Source: a virus. Taken from it: a stretch of DNA of 64,000 nt. The notes beneath the pieces were generated by a model, which saw only the letters and a list, made by a program, of their open reading frames with translations, was not told the DNA's origin and did no database searches. Both the position numbers and the translations under genes were made by a program. Positions 1 to 9,846 of the stretch are shown here, piece after piece (the stretch's first letter is position 1; each line of letters starts with the position of its first letter). The stretch lies in the IMG/VR virus record IMGVR_UViG_3300022885_000003, positions 1 to 64,000 of that record, one strand, 5' to 3'.

Positions 1-651
1 AAGCAAGCCGATAAAAAGGCAGACCGGGACACAAACCAAGGCCTTGTTGGGTATGCATTTTGGCCCGGAGGCATTGGCGTCTCTATTGCTGAAGTAAATT
101 GCGAAACTGACTTTGTAGCACGCAATGAAAAATTCCATGAATTGGTTGACATTATTGCTAATGATTGCCAGAAGGGAATTGAAGTCGATTTAGCAAGATA
201 TATCGGAACCCTTGGGGAAAATCTAAGCATCGGCGGACGAGCAATCATGGAAGGATCAAAGGACAATATTGCCATTTATGTTCATGGTAAGGTTAATGAA
301 ACAATGGGTAGTATGGTTGTTGCTGTTAAGTATGTTGGTGGAAATTCCGAAGCCGCTTACAATGTTGCCATGCATATTGCGGCAACTGCACCCAAAGCGG
401 TATCAGTTAGCGATCTAGACCAAAAGTGGGTTGCCAAGGAAAAAGCATTCCAGATTGAGCAAGCCGTTGAATCCGGTAAGCCACAGGACATCGCTGAAAA
501 GATGGTTGCTGGTCGTATGCAGAAAACATTGAAGGAAGTTGTTCTTATGTCCCAACCATTTGTTATGGATGCTACTAAAACCATCGAGGACGTTGCAAAC
601 GAAGCAGGGATTACAATCACAGCGTTTGTTCGTATTAAGGTTGGTGAATAA
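1..651 (+). CDS. tsf: Translation elongation factor Ts, 5'-truncated by the window edge
   Basis: Frame 1 is open from base 1: KQADKKADR...AEVNCETDFVARNEKF, then GENL, MHIAA, GKPQDIAEKMVAGR and QPFVMD (EF-Ts signatures). Confidence 0.95.
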   Translation, partial: KQADKKADRDTNQGLVGYAFWPGGIGVSIAEVNCETDFVARNEKFHELVDIIANDCQKGIEVDLARYIGTLGENLSIGGRAIMEGSKDNIAIYVHGKVNETMGSMVVAVKYVGGNSEAAYNVAMHIAATAPKAVSVSDLDQKWVAKEKAFQIEQAVESGKPQDIAEKMVAGRMQKTLKEVVLMSQPFVMDATKTIEDVANEAGITITAFVRIKVGE

Positions 652-682
652 CATACCTGTTAATTCCAAATCAACCCAATAG

Positions 683-690
683 TATAAATA
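683..690 (+). promoter_or_regulatory. T4-like late promoter TATAAATA
   Basis: Exact TATAAATA about 40 nt upstream of GGAG and the ATG at 733. Confidence 0.7.
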
Positions 691-732
691 CTCTGGTAAG
701 GTAATTGTTAATTCAAACAATGGAGTATTTTT

Positions 733-1540
733 ATGGGAACAAGTATTACTAATAAAGTCCGAATTGATTCGGGAAGAACACGATTTATAGATAGAGCCGG
801 CTTCCGGGATTCATCTATCTATCTATCCAGTAGAAGCAGAAGCTGGTCCTTGGCATATCGCTAATCCTTCGGTTTTGCCTGATCCAAATTTTGCGAATGT
901 AACGTTTTTAACACATTTTAATGATAATGCAGTGGATGTCACAGGAAATTTCACATTAGCCGAAACTGGTACAGTTACGTATAATCCAGGGCAATTTGGT
1001 AATGCAGCAACATTTAATGGTTCGTCAAATCACTTTGAAGCACCATTTTCAACTTTCATTGAATTCCCAGGGGATTTTACAATTGAGGCTTGGTTTAATG
1101 CAGATACCGTTAATGGCTCCAGTCTGGGTGCAATTGTGGGAGCATGGGAACCATTTTCAACACGCCGCGGATTTTTGATCAGCCAGAATTCTTCTAATAA
1201 GATTTCATTTCTTATGGGAAATGGTGGTGGCACGACTGTTGGTCCAATTCTTACCACAACAAGCATAACAACCGGAACATGGTATCATGTGGCAGCAACC
1301 CGAGAAGGATCCACTGTTAGGTTGTTCTTGGATGGAAATCTTGAAAATTCAACAACTACTGCAATTACAGTGAACTCTGATGCAGCCGGTGGAGCAAAAC
1401 TATCTTTTGGTAAACACATTAATGGTGGAGATGATCCCGACTTCTTTAATGGTTTAGTCGATGATGTTCGTATTACAAAGGGTGTTGCAAGATATACGGC
1501 AAACTTTGCAGTTCCAACAGCCGCACATCCAGATAGCTAA
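733..1540 (+). pseudogene. LamG/concanavalin-like domain virion protein, frameshifted by one extra ATCT unit
   Basis: ATG733 gives MGTSITNKVRIDSGRTRFIDRAGFRDSSIY, matching paralogs starting at 49750 and 52272. Removing 4 nt at 813-827 restores PVEAEAGPWHIANP and joins the LamG ORF 875-1540 (FTIEAW, WYHVAATR, DDVRITKGVARY). Confidence 0.85.
813..827 (+). repeat. (ATCT)3ATC tetranucleotide tract at the frameshift
   Basis: Sequence tcATCTATCTATCTATCcag; two units would keep the frame. Confidence 0.85.
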
Positions 1541-1558
1541 GATATTATTTAAAATATG

Positions 1559-1583
1559 AAAAAGCGGGCAATGCCCGCTTTTT
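1559..1583. terminator. Bidirectional intrinsic terminator
   Basis: AAAAAGCGGGCA-A-TGCCCGCTTTTT between convergent genes. Confidence 0.85.
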
Positions 1584-1606
1584 CTGTAATTGAAACCTAT
1601 CTATCT

Positions 1607-2020
1607 TTATATTAAGCCGTGCCCAGGATTTACAAGAGATTTGATCTCCAAAACATTCCCGGCTGGGTCAGCAACAAAGAATGTTTCTTGTTCATGTTCA
1701 AGTCCAGCAAAACGGACAAAAGGTCTTTTAACCCACGGATGTTTAGCATCAATGATACGTTGTTTTACTTCTGCAAAAACTTCTTTTTCTAAATGGACAC
1801 CAAAATGAGGAACTGGGACTGCGCCCATTTCTACATTATGATATTCGCATTGTGTTCTGGTGACGCTTTGATGCAATGTAAGTTCATTACCCCAAAAATT
1901 TACATCTGCCCAAAATCCCTCTTCAGCATTATCCAATTTGCATCCAAGAATATCAGTATAAAATGGTAAGGTTTTTGTAAGGTCACCGCCGCAAACAGCA
2001 CAATGAAAAATGTTGCTCAT
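1607..2020 (-). CDS. VOC/glyoxalase family protein
   Basis: FH.A, FYTDILGC, VPVPHFG, EQETFFVADPAGNVLEIK. Confidence 0.9.
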   Translation of the reverse strand: MSNIFHCAVCGGDLTKTLPFYTDILGCKLDNAEEGFWADVNFWGNELTLHQSVTRTQCEYHNVEMGAVPVPHFGVHLEKEVFAEVKQRIIDAKHPWVKRPFVRFAGLEHEQETFFVADPAGNVLEIKSLVNPGHGLI

Positions 2021-2313
2021 TTCCTCTTCCCCTTTTCTACTAAATGTCGAGTTGCCTTCTCTAGCAATGTTTTTTCAACTTCTTCGATAATATCGACCTT
2101 TTTTTCACGAGCTTCCAGGATAGTCTCTAATTTCATTTCAGCTTTAAATCCTGATTCTTCACCATCAACTAAACAATGAATCGCTATTCCACCATCGATG
2201 GCTTCTCTATTAAACGTAATTTCATTCTCAACCATTTTTTGTAAATCTAAATTTGAATCTGTATTCTTTATTGTTATTTCGCCTTCCATTTTCTTATCCT
2301 TTATAAAATTCAT
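2017..2313 (-). CDS. Hypothetical protein
   Basis: ORF overlaps both neighbours in an operon. Confidence 0.6.
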   Translation of the reverse strand: MNFIKDKKMEGEITIKNTDSNLDLQKMVENEITFNREAIDGGIAIHCLVDGEESGFKAEMKLETILEAREKKVDIIEEVEKTLLEKATRHLVEKGKRK

Positions 2314-2560
2314 TTACTAGATTAGCCAATACATCACCGTGACATGCTTTTGGAGAGCACCAACAAGCAAGTGTTTTACCTTTAAGTTCTTCTAGACTGT
2401 TAATTAAGTCTATGTTTAATGCCAACCATTCTGCGTATTTGTCAATTACTTCTTCGCGGGTACCATCTTTACCAACAGTAAAAGGATTCCCCCACTTGCT
2501 GGGACGACCAATATACACATCGTATGGTTCTCGCTTGCAATGCACAACTGTACATGTCAC
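2294..2560 (-). CDS. DUF4326 family protein
   Basis: DVYIGRPSKWGNPF...LKGKTLACWCSPKACHGDVL. Confidence 0.9.
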   Translation of the reverse strand: MTCTVVHCKREPYDVYIGRPSKWGNPFTVGKDGTREEVIDKYAEWLALNIDLINSLEELKGKTLACWCSPKACHGDVLANLVNEFYKG

Positions 2561-2564
2561 GACA

Positions 2565-3584
2565 TTATCCTTTCATTAATTTATGGACCATCTCCTGGCC
2601 TGTTTTAATTTGTTCTCTTGTTTGTTCTACTTTTGCAATAGCGTTTGATGTCTTGGCTTTATCAAATTTAGAAGCATTCATTGCTTTATTCATTTTGCTA
2701 TCAAAGATTTTTATAAATGCATTGAGTAAATCCTGGGAAGATGAATAATTCTTGAGATTGAATTTGCCATACATATCATTTAATTCAAAGCTTTTAGAAA
2801 GACCCTTAATCATATGAACGAGATCTGCTATTCTTACATCTGTTTTGTTTATACCTGGATATTGTTGTAATTCATTATCAATTTTGGGTTGATTCGTATA
2901 GCCCATTCTTGCATACATCCATAATAGCATATCAATACCAAAATTTTCAATATTTAAACTTATTTGTGCTAATTCATCAAATTTCCTTGTTTTTGCATAA
3001 GAAGCAGGTTCATTACCAACAATCTTCATTTGTGCGCCTGATGTAGAAATGCTTATATCGAGCGAATCACCAAGTGACGAAAACACTGAACCATGTACTA
3101 GCCCTTTAACTCCTTGCTCAGGAGTGTTTCTCCATCTAGCCCAATCAGCTACTTTTTCAGTTGCCCACATAAAATCAACTTGAACAAAAGTATTTTCTAA
3201 AATTTGAAAAATGATATGACCTGATGCTGGCTTGTCAGTTTGAAAAACCGTATTGGGTGATTTCGCAGCAATAAAGTCATCAGCCAATTTATTGTAATGA
3301 GTTGCGATCTGGCTTTCAGTTTTGCCTTCAATAGCTGGCGCAATAATTTGGAGATCGATGTCACCATATTCTTTACCTTCATCATCTACTTGAAAATAAA
3401 CAGTTGATCCAAGTGGTTCACCCATCTTAACTGCATCTTCATCCTGACCAACGAGCCATTTATTGAAATCATCAATAAACATTTTTACAACATTCAATGT
3501 TTCTCGAACGGTATTAGGTGTAATTTTAGTTCCTTGTGTAACTGTATCAGTCCATCCACCTTCAAATAATTCATATGATCTCAT
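2565..3584 (-). CDS. Leader-tagged (MRSYELFE) Pol-beta-superfamily nucleotidyltransferase-like protein
   Basis: LGST...GDIDL...VQVDFM gives GS, DxD and a third Asp. Confidence 0.65.
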   Translation of the reverse strand: MRSYELFEGGWTDTVTQGTKITPNTVRETLNVVKMFIDDFNKWLVGQDEDAVKMGEPLGSTVYFQVDDEGKEYGDIDLQIIAPAIEGKTESQIATHYNKLADDFIAAKSPNTVFQTDKPASGHIIFQILENTFVQVDFMWATEKVADWARWRNTPEQGVKGLVHGSVFSSLGDSLDISISTSGAQMKIVGNEPASYAKTRKFDELAQISLNIENFGIDMLLWMYARMGYTNQPKIDNELQQYPGINKTDVRIADLVHMIKGLSKSFELNDMYGKFNLKNYSSSQDLLNAFIKIFDSKMNKAMNASKFDKAKTSNAIAKVEQTREQIKTGQEMVHKLMKG

Positions 3585-4927
3585 TATGTGCGCTCTCTAT
3601 TAATTTGGACTTCATCGTAATCATCGTCGTATGTATCTGGATCGTGCTTCTTTGATTTTCCTGTTTCGTACACGGAAACATTCTTCAATGGTATTACGCC
3701 TGTATAACCAAATGATAAATTAACCATAGATTTAATTGCATAGAATTTAACATAATTTAACAATTTTTGCTGTTTATCATTGAGTTTGCTTTCGTCTGCA
3801 AAATATGGTTTTAAATCATGAGACATATATCCTTCATGGAAATTAAATTCTTCTTGGATTGCAGCATTGATTTTTTGATTGACTTTTTTATTACTTCTTT
3901 GAATACTACTAACCGCCTTAAATAATGAATCTTCATCAAACGCCAATTTTGTTAAATCATCAATTTTAACTTTTAGAATTACATTAGCTCGCTGTTTTGA
4001 TGCACGAACAGCATATTTTTGTGCAGTTTCTGGCTCCAACGTTAGGTATATTAAGTTCTCACTATGACCTTTAATCTTATCTGAATACTCCTCACCCATG
4101 CCAGGAACCATTCCACCAGATTTTTTAATCTTATTGAAAATGGCATTTGATGTTCCGTGATATGCATAAATTGTGCCTTTACCATTAAGTATTTGTTGAA
4201 TTGTGTTTTTGATATCTTCGTTTTCTTTTTGTTGTCCGATATGATACCCTGGAAGATTTGAAGATACTTGTTTGGCTATTTTAAGAAAATCCATTCGATC
4301 AATTGAGAATTCAACATCAACTAGAATATAAGCTGCATTTCCTGTATAGCCACCCATTCTTGTTTGGTAATCCCGTGTTTTGTTAGCTCGATATATTGAT
4401 TTCTTTATATGGTCAATCACAACATAATGAATCGGACAACTAATAGCCATAGTCAACTCTTTATCAGAGAATATATTATCAATATTATCCATAGTTTTTA
4501 TATTAAAACCATAAACTAAACTAGAAGATAAGCTGCTGGAAAATTGTATAGGATCTTGGTCAGCTAATACATTCATAAAGAATTTTTCCACATCAGGTGA
4601 ATTGAGTTGATGTTTCCCAGGATGAATTGTGCAGTTTCTAATTACTATATCCTTAATTTTATCAGCATGTTCACCAAAAGCTTTAGGAAACGAATTATAA
4701 TCCTCCGTAAAATTAAGTGATTTTAAAATTTCATATAATTGCTTTTTACCATTATCATTAATAAGAAAACCAAAACCATTACCGAAACCTATGTCTTTAA
4801 TAGAGTTTGCATTCATAAGAAGTAGATATTTTTTCTCGTATAGAAAGGCAAATGTCTTATCAAAGTTATCATCACTATTACCTTTGATAATATATTCTTT
4901 CAATATTTGTAATTCGTTAAATCTCAT
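3584..4927 (-). CDS. Leader-tagged (MRFNELQILKE) protein with C-terminal His-type ART/Tpt1-like domain
   Basis: AYHGTS...IYLTLEPETAQKYA...VILKVKI...GVIP. Confidence 0.6.
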   Translation of the reverse strand: MRFNELQILKEYIIKGNSDDNFDKTFAFLYEKKYLLLMNANSIKDIGFGNGFGFLINDNGKKQLYEILKSLNFTEDYNSFPKAFGEHADKIKDIVIRNCTIHPGKHQLNSPDVEKFFMNVLADQDPIQFSSSLSSSLVYGFNIKTMDNIDNIFSDKELTMAISCPIHYVVIDHIKKSIYRANKTRDYQTRMGGYTGNAAYILVDVEFSIDRMDFLKIAKQVSSNLPGYHIGQQKENEDIKNTIQQILNGKGTIYAYHGTSNAIFNKIKKSGGMVPGMGEEYSDKIKGHSENLIYLTLEPETAQKYAVRASKQRANVILKVKIDDLTKLAFDEDSLFKAVSSIQRSNKKVNQKINAAIQEEFNFHEGYMSHDLKPYFADESKLNDKQQKLLNYVKFYAIKSMVNLSFGYTGVIPLKNVSVYETGKSKKHDPDTYDDDYDEVQINRERT

Positions 4928-4959
4928 TCTGTGTGATCCCGTCTATAATAGTATAAGTA

Positions 4960-4967
4960 TATTTATA
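4960..4967 (-). promoter_or_regulatory. Late promoter TATAAATA
   Basis: tatttata on the + strand, about 30 nt upstream of the start at 4927. Confidence 0.7.
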
Positions 4968-4989
4968 GTTTTCATTAAAAGGATTGGTA

Positions 4990-5967
4990 ATGTTAAAAGC
5001 ATTTTATGGCAGTAAAGAATGGTTTATTTGGGCATGGGGCGGCGCTATACTTTTGGGATTGTCTTTATGGTTCCAAGTCTGGCTAACTGTACAGATTAAT
5101 AACTGGTACGGTGAGTTTTATAATATTATGCAAAAGCCGGCAGATCATACAGTGGTAGAGTTCTGGGAGAAGATATGGATGTTTTTCTATATCGCTATGC
5201 CTTATGTCTTTACCGCTGCGGTAACTAACTGGTTCACTCGGATGTATGGTTTTGCCTGGCGAGAAGCATTAACCTTTAATTATCTTCCACGGTGGAAAAA
5301 TGTAAAGGTGGAGATCGAGGGTGCAAGTCAACGTATTCAAGAGGATACTTACAAGTTTGCTAAAATTGTTGAGTCATTAGGATTATCCGCTGTTAGAGCT
5401 ATTATGACTTTGATTGCTTTCTTGCCAATGCTTTGGGGAATGTCAATAAAGCATCATATATTAATTCCCACAACAGACATATACATTGAGGGCTCGCTTG
5501 TTTACCTAGCGTTGTTTGTCAGTTTGGGTGGCATTTTTATTAGTTGGTTTGTTGGCTGGTTCTTGCCAGGATTGGAATACAATAATCAGGTTAAAGAAGC
5601 AGCATATAGAAAGGAACTAGTCTTTATCGAAGACGATAAAAGCAGATACCAAGATGAAACAATGTTTAGCTTGTTTACTGGTGTAAAATTTAACTACAGA
5701 AAATTGTTTAATCACTATTCATATTTTGATATATGGATGAACTGGTATGATCAAGCAATGGTACTGGTTCCTTATATGATTATGGGCCCAGCAGTTATGT
5801 CTAGTACAATAATGTTAGGCGTTTTGGTGCAAGTATCCAATGCTTTCCAGAAAGTACATGGATCATTTGCATTGGTTTTACATAGATGGGTTGATATCAC
5901 AGAATTACGTTCAATTTGGAAACGTTTGCATGAGTTTGAAAATAATCTTAAAAATCATGAACGATAA
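4990..5967 (+). CDS. SbmA/BacA-like peptide transporter
   Basis: Multiple TM segments; VQINNWYGEFYN, WREALT, IEGASQRIQEDT, EAAYRKELV, ELRSIWKRLHEFE. Confidence 0.9.
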   Translation: MLKAFYGSKEWFIWAWGGAILLGLSLWFQVWLTVQINNWYGEFYNIMQKPADHTVVEFWEKIWMFFYIAMPYVFTAAVTNWFTRMYGFAWREALTFNYLPRWKNVKVEIEGASQRIQEDTYKFAKIVESLGLSAVRAIMTLIAFLPMLWGMSIKHHILIPTTDIYIEGSLVYLALFVSLGGIFISWFVGWFLPGLEYNNQVKEAAYRKELVFIEDDKSRYQDETMFSLFTGVKFNYRKLFNHYSYFDIWMNWYDQAMVLVPYMIMGPAVMSSTIMLGVLVQVSNAFQKVHGSFALVLHRWVDITELRSIWKRLHEFENNLKNHER

Positions 5968-5980
5968 ATAATAGCAGTTA

Positions 5981-6724
5981 ATGAAAAGGTACAAAATGAT
6001 TCAACAAAACACAATGAATAGGTATGCTAATGTATATACTATTTCAAATAACGACATCGTTAAAAAATTACAAGGATTACTCACTCGGTTTGTAGACGGC
6101 AATTTTAGGAAACATACAATCAGTAAAGATACTATGTTGCTCCTTGCAGATAGTTTAGAACAGCGTTTCACCACTTTCTTTAGTAAGTTGGACAATTTTG
6201 AAAATATCAAAAACATAGAAGTATTGCTTGTACGAACCCGCAACGAGGAGATGATTGATTTTATCAAAGAGAATGAAGATTCCCCTGTGATATTACAATT
6301 TTCAATAGCCCAAGAACGGTTTATTAATATGTGCATGGGGGATTCAACCAAAGAAATGGTTCTCGATGGTTTCCAATATGAATATTCTCCATATGTTATG
6401 CAATTAATTCTTACTATTTCAAAGAATGATGCTTATTCTGGAAAATATCTACAAAACGCAAGTGATGATGTTATTGAAAAATTAAAAGAACAAATCAATA
6501 ATGTTTTGATAACAGAAATAAAGAAAAAAGCCAAAAACTTTGTTAAAAATGAATTGACAGACGAAGTATATACAATGCATAATATAGCTGAATTGTTTAA
6601 TCAGTATCCATACGCAATGTATATCCAAAATAGGTTACTAAACAATAATGATGAATGGTTGACTGTTTTTATCCAAGAGGTTAAGCATGTTCTTAAAACA
6701 GCTGGCAAATATCAAGAAGATTAA
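5981..6724 (+). CDS. Hypothetical protein
   Basis: 247-aa ORF preceded by TAAATA at 5965-5970. Confidence 0.7.
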   Translation: MKRYKMIQQNTMNRYANVYTISNNDIVKKLQGLLTRFVDGNFRKHTISKDTMLLLADSLEQRFTTFFSKLDNFENIKNIEVLLVRTRNEEMIDFIKENEDSPVILQFSIAQERFINMCMGDSTKEMVLDGFQYEYSPYVMQLILTISKNDAYSGKYLQNASDDVIEKLKEQINNVLITEIKKKAKNFVKNELTDEVYTMHNIAELFNQYPYAMYIQNRLLNNNDEWLTVFIQEVKHVLKTAGKYQED

Positions 6725-6812
6725 AATTACTACAAGAATAGCCTTTTGGATTGGAATTCCAGTTGGTTTTTTTGGAACGGCTATTTTTATATTTTTTCAC
6801 TAAGGAACAAAA

Positions 6813-8000
6813 ATGAAAGATCATCGTGAGTTGGGAAACATCATGGATTTATTCCATGTTCAGGAAGAAGCTGCTGGGTCAGTATTCTGGCATCCACAAG
6901 GATGGAAGCTATTCAAGACTATTGAGCATTATATTACCGCCAAACTTGAAGCTAACGGTTATGAAGAAATCCGAACACCCCAATTGTTCCGTAATGATCT
7001 ATGGAAAACATCTGGACATTGGGATAAATTCCGTGACAATATGTTCGTTATCCAATCAGACGAGGATGATCAATATGAATACGGCATTAAGCCAATGTCA
7101 TGCCCTGGGCACGTCCAAGTTTTTAACCAAAGAATTCGATCATATAAGGATTTACCGCTACGTTTAGCTGAGTATGGTCTTTGTCATCGAAATGAACCTT
7201 CAGGTGCTTTGAACGGATTAATGCGTGTTCGCCAGTTTACTCAAGATGACGCGCATATCTTTTGCTCCGAAGAGCAAATAAATGAAGAAAGCGTAAAATT
7301 TTGCCAGTTATTACAACAGGTTTACGATGACTTTGGGTTTTCACAAGTAAAGGTAGCATTTTCCACTAGACCTGAAATAAGGGCCGGAACGGATGAGCAA
7401 TGGGATAAAGCCGAAGCAGCATTAAGAGAAGCTGCCGCAATGGCTGGATTGACAGATATCGTTGAGCAACCAGGTGAAGGTGCGTTTTATGGACCAAAGC
7501 TTGAATACATTCTTACAGATAGTTTGGGACGTGAATGGCAATGTGGAACCCTTCAATGCGACTTTGTTTTACCTGACCGTTTGGGTGCTGGATTTATAAG
7601 CGAAGATGGTTCTAAGAAAATTCCAGTAATGCTACATCGGGCTATACTTGGCAGCTTTGAGCGGTTTATAGCCATATTACTTGAGCATCATCAAGGAGTA
7701 TTACCTATTCCGTTTGCACCAACACAGATGGTTGTGTGTACTGTCGCTGATTCGTTTTTAGAATATGCCACAAACACTGTTGACTTCCTCAACAGTTCAT
7801 TGTATAATGGTAGAATTGCACTAGATTCATCATCTGGTACCGTTAGTTCAAAGGTGAAGAAATATTTGGATAAAAAGGTCCCATTGATTGGTGTAGTTGG
7901 TCAGCGTGAAGAAGAAAACGGAACTATTGCCATTAGAGAACATGGTACCAAAGGTCAGAAAGTATATTCATGGAACGAGGCTTTAACACTGCTAACATAA
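6813..8000 (+). CDS. thrS: Threonyl-tRNA synthetase, catalytic and anticodon domains only
   Basis: Starts at DHRELG; WKTSGHW, KPMSCPGH, HRNEPSG, RVRQFTQDDAH, GAFYGPK, WQCGTLQ, HRAILGSFERF. Confidence 0.97.
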   Translation: MKDHRELGNIMDLFHVQEEAAGSVFWHPQGWKLFKTIEHYITAKLEANGYEEIRTPQLFRNDLWKTSGHWDKFRDNMFVIQSDEDDQYEYGIKPMSCPGHVQVFNQRIRSYKDLPLRLAEYGLCHRNEPSGALNGLMRVRQFTQDDAHIFCSEEQINEESVKFCQLLQQVYDDFGFSQVKVAFSTRPEIRAGTDEQWDKAEAALREAAAMAGLTDIVEQPGEGAFYGPKLEYILTDSLGREWQCGTLQCDFVLPDRLGAGFISEDGSKKIPVMLHRAILGSFERFIAILLEHHQGVLPIPFAPTQMVVCTVADSFLEYATNTVDFLNSSLYNGRIALDSSSGTVSSKVKKYLDKKVPLIGVVGQREEENGTIAIREHGTKGQKVYSWNEALTLLT

Positions 8001-8521
8001 AACATTGGTTTAAATATGCTAATTGGTTTCTTCCATCTAGTGTTATTTTCTCTTTGATTTTTTTATGCACAATTATTTATCATTGTTTTGTTATATATAA
8101 TTTATATCAGGGACCAAATGATAATTTTTGGAATTATTTTCATTCTATAATTATAATTATAGTGTATAGTGTTATAATTTGGTGGTATATGAAAATAATA
8201 AAAGGATACTGTCAATATAGGCAGTTGTTCTGGGCCATCTTTTCTCCATATATTATATCAATTAACGATTTCACGGTAGATCAAAGTAATCCAGAATTTT
8301 TTATTAATGGAATGATGTTTGAATATAATATAAAGGACGATATTAAACGTTGGCTTGATGAAAATGATATTGAATATATTGAGCGAGTCAAAATAACACC
8401 AGGACCATTGAATATATTTAGGCTCTTTAAACCAAAAACCAAGAAGAAATATTTTTTAGGTTTTGCTTTTAAGAATTACGACGACATGGTTTATGCAAAA
8501 ATTGGATATCATTCAGAATGA
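7970..8521 (+). CDS. Membrane protein with C-terminal F.F...D...K motif
   Basis: Two TM segments; WLDENDIE...FAFKNYDDMVYAKIGY; paralog of 8518. Confidence 0.7.
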   Translation: MERGFNTANIKHWFKYANWFLPSSVIFSLIFLCTIIYHCFVIYNLYQGPNDNFWNYFHSIIIIIVYSVIIWWYMKIIKGYCQYRQLFWAIFSPYIISINDFTVDQSNPEFFINGMMFEYNIKDDIKRWLDENDIEYIERVKITPGPLNIFRLFKPKTKKKYFLGFAFKNYDDMVYAKIGYHSE

Positions 8522-8976
8522 GAGAACGATTAAGATACGCTGATTGGGGTAATATATTCCATATGTGTTTGGGTTTAACACAATTATTTTTTTTAATATT
8601 ATGGTCAATTTTCACATATTATAACTATAGCTTTTATCAATTAATATTTATTCTAACATCCCTTTCGTTTATGACTTATTGCATTAGTCAATTACTATTT
8701 TCAGTAACCAATCCTAGACAACTATTGTGGTCCACATTTCCCAAATACAAACTAAGATTTAACGATTTAGCCGATGAGAATGATATGATCAGTTCTGGTA
8801 GAATGGGACAAATTGAAGGATGGTTAATCGATAATGATATCGAACATAAAATTAGAACAATCGACGATCGTAAATTTTGGCTCCCGATAAATGAATATTG
8901 GTATGGAATACTTTTTAAGAATTTGGAAGATGCAACTTATACCAAATTAGTTTGGTTTGGAAACAACCAACCATAA
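8518..8976 (+). CDS. Membrane protein with C-terminal F...DA..KL.W motif
   Basis: Two TM segments; WLIDNDIE...FKNLEDATYTKLVW. Confidence 0.75.
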   Translation: MRERLRYADWGNIFHMCLGLTQLFFLILWSIFTYYNYSFYQLIFILTSLSFMTYCISQLLFSVTNPRQLLWSTFPKYKLRFNDLADENDMISSGRMGQIEGWLIDNDIEHKIRTIDDRKFWLPINEYWYGILFKNLEDATYTKLVWFGNNQP

Positions 8977-8977
8977 T

Positions 8978-9343
8978 CTATCGAATCGGAATACCACGTT
9001 GTTGTGGTGTATAAAATTGTCTATTTTTTTGCAAAGCAAATTCATTTGCCTTATTAATATACAAGTTTAACATTTCAAAGAAAAGGGAACGTTGATCAAC
9101 ATTATTTGGATGTATGTTATATATTTCTACTATTGCTCGCGCTACTAGAAAATTTCTACGCTGAAGCAGGACGATATTTGGCTCCATCCCTTGCATTGTT
9201 TGATCCAGAAGAATATCAGTCAATTCAACAGCGGCAATATAGCTTGGGTTGTTGAGAATAGGATCTCCAATAGATTCATTGTTTGCTGATAAATTAGTGG
9301 AAAGGGCCAACATTAAAATAACAAGTGATATTAAAAATTTCAT
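8978..9343 (-). CDS. Secreted/periplasmic hypothetical protein
   Basis: MKFLISLVILMLALSTNLSA signal peptide. Confidence 0.7.
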   Translation of the reverse strand: MKFLISLVILMLALSTNLSANNESIGDPILNNPSYIAAVELTDILLDQTMQGMEPNIVLLQRRNFLVARAIVEIYNIHPNNVDQRSLFFEMLNLYINKANEFALQKNRQFYTPQQRGIPIR

Positions 9344-9846
9344 TTATCCTCGTCCTTTAAAGATTTCAACAAGCTATCCATATCAAATAGTGATCCTTTG
9401 TTTTTCAGTTGTATAATGTGTGTTTCCGATTTGGTACATGCATCAATTACCTGAGGATTATAATTCCTTTCCTGTTTTAGAATAAAATTTAAACTTTTTG
9501 TATTTTCAATAATTACTCTATTCCATTCTTGGGTCCACACCGCTTTTCTATCATCTGACATTCCAATATTGTCAAACATTTGCAAAATAGTTTCCCCAAT
9601 AGAAATTATCGTTTCATGGTGGGCAGCTTGCATATCTGTTTTGGTATCTAGATCGATTGCTTGACGAATACAATTATTGCGTATAAGCTCATGCTCTTTA
9701 GCAAAATGATTATAAACGCCAAAAAATGCGCCGGAAAGTGTTACTATTGCAGTAATAATAGTTACAAGAATAGCCATTCGTTTTCTTACTATTCTCCATA
9801 ACAACATAAGATCTTGCCCAGTTGATGATTCTTTTTCGTTTGGCAT
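9340..9846 (-). CDS. Single-TM membrane protein under a late promoter
   Basis: Basic N-terminus, one TM helix, two Cys in the C-terminal domain; CTAAATA on the - strand at 9871-9877. Confidence 0.7.
   Translation of the reverse strand: MPNEKESSTGQDLMLLWRIVRKRMAILVTIITAIVTLSGAFFGVYNHFAKEHELIRNNCIRQAIDLDTKTDMQAAHHETIISIGETILQMFDNIGMSDDRKAVWTQEWNRVIIENTKSLNFILKQERNYNPQVIDACTKSETHIIQLKNKGSLFDMDSLLKSLKDEDK

Noticed and set aside
6738-6790. thrS translational operator (tRNA mimic) upstream of thrS
   Set aside because: Only a weak AATAGCC/GGCTATT pairing is present, with no anticodon-like loop that I can support
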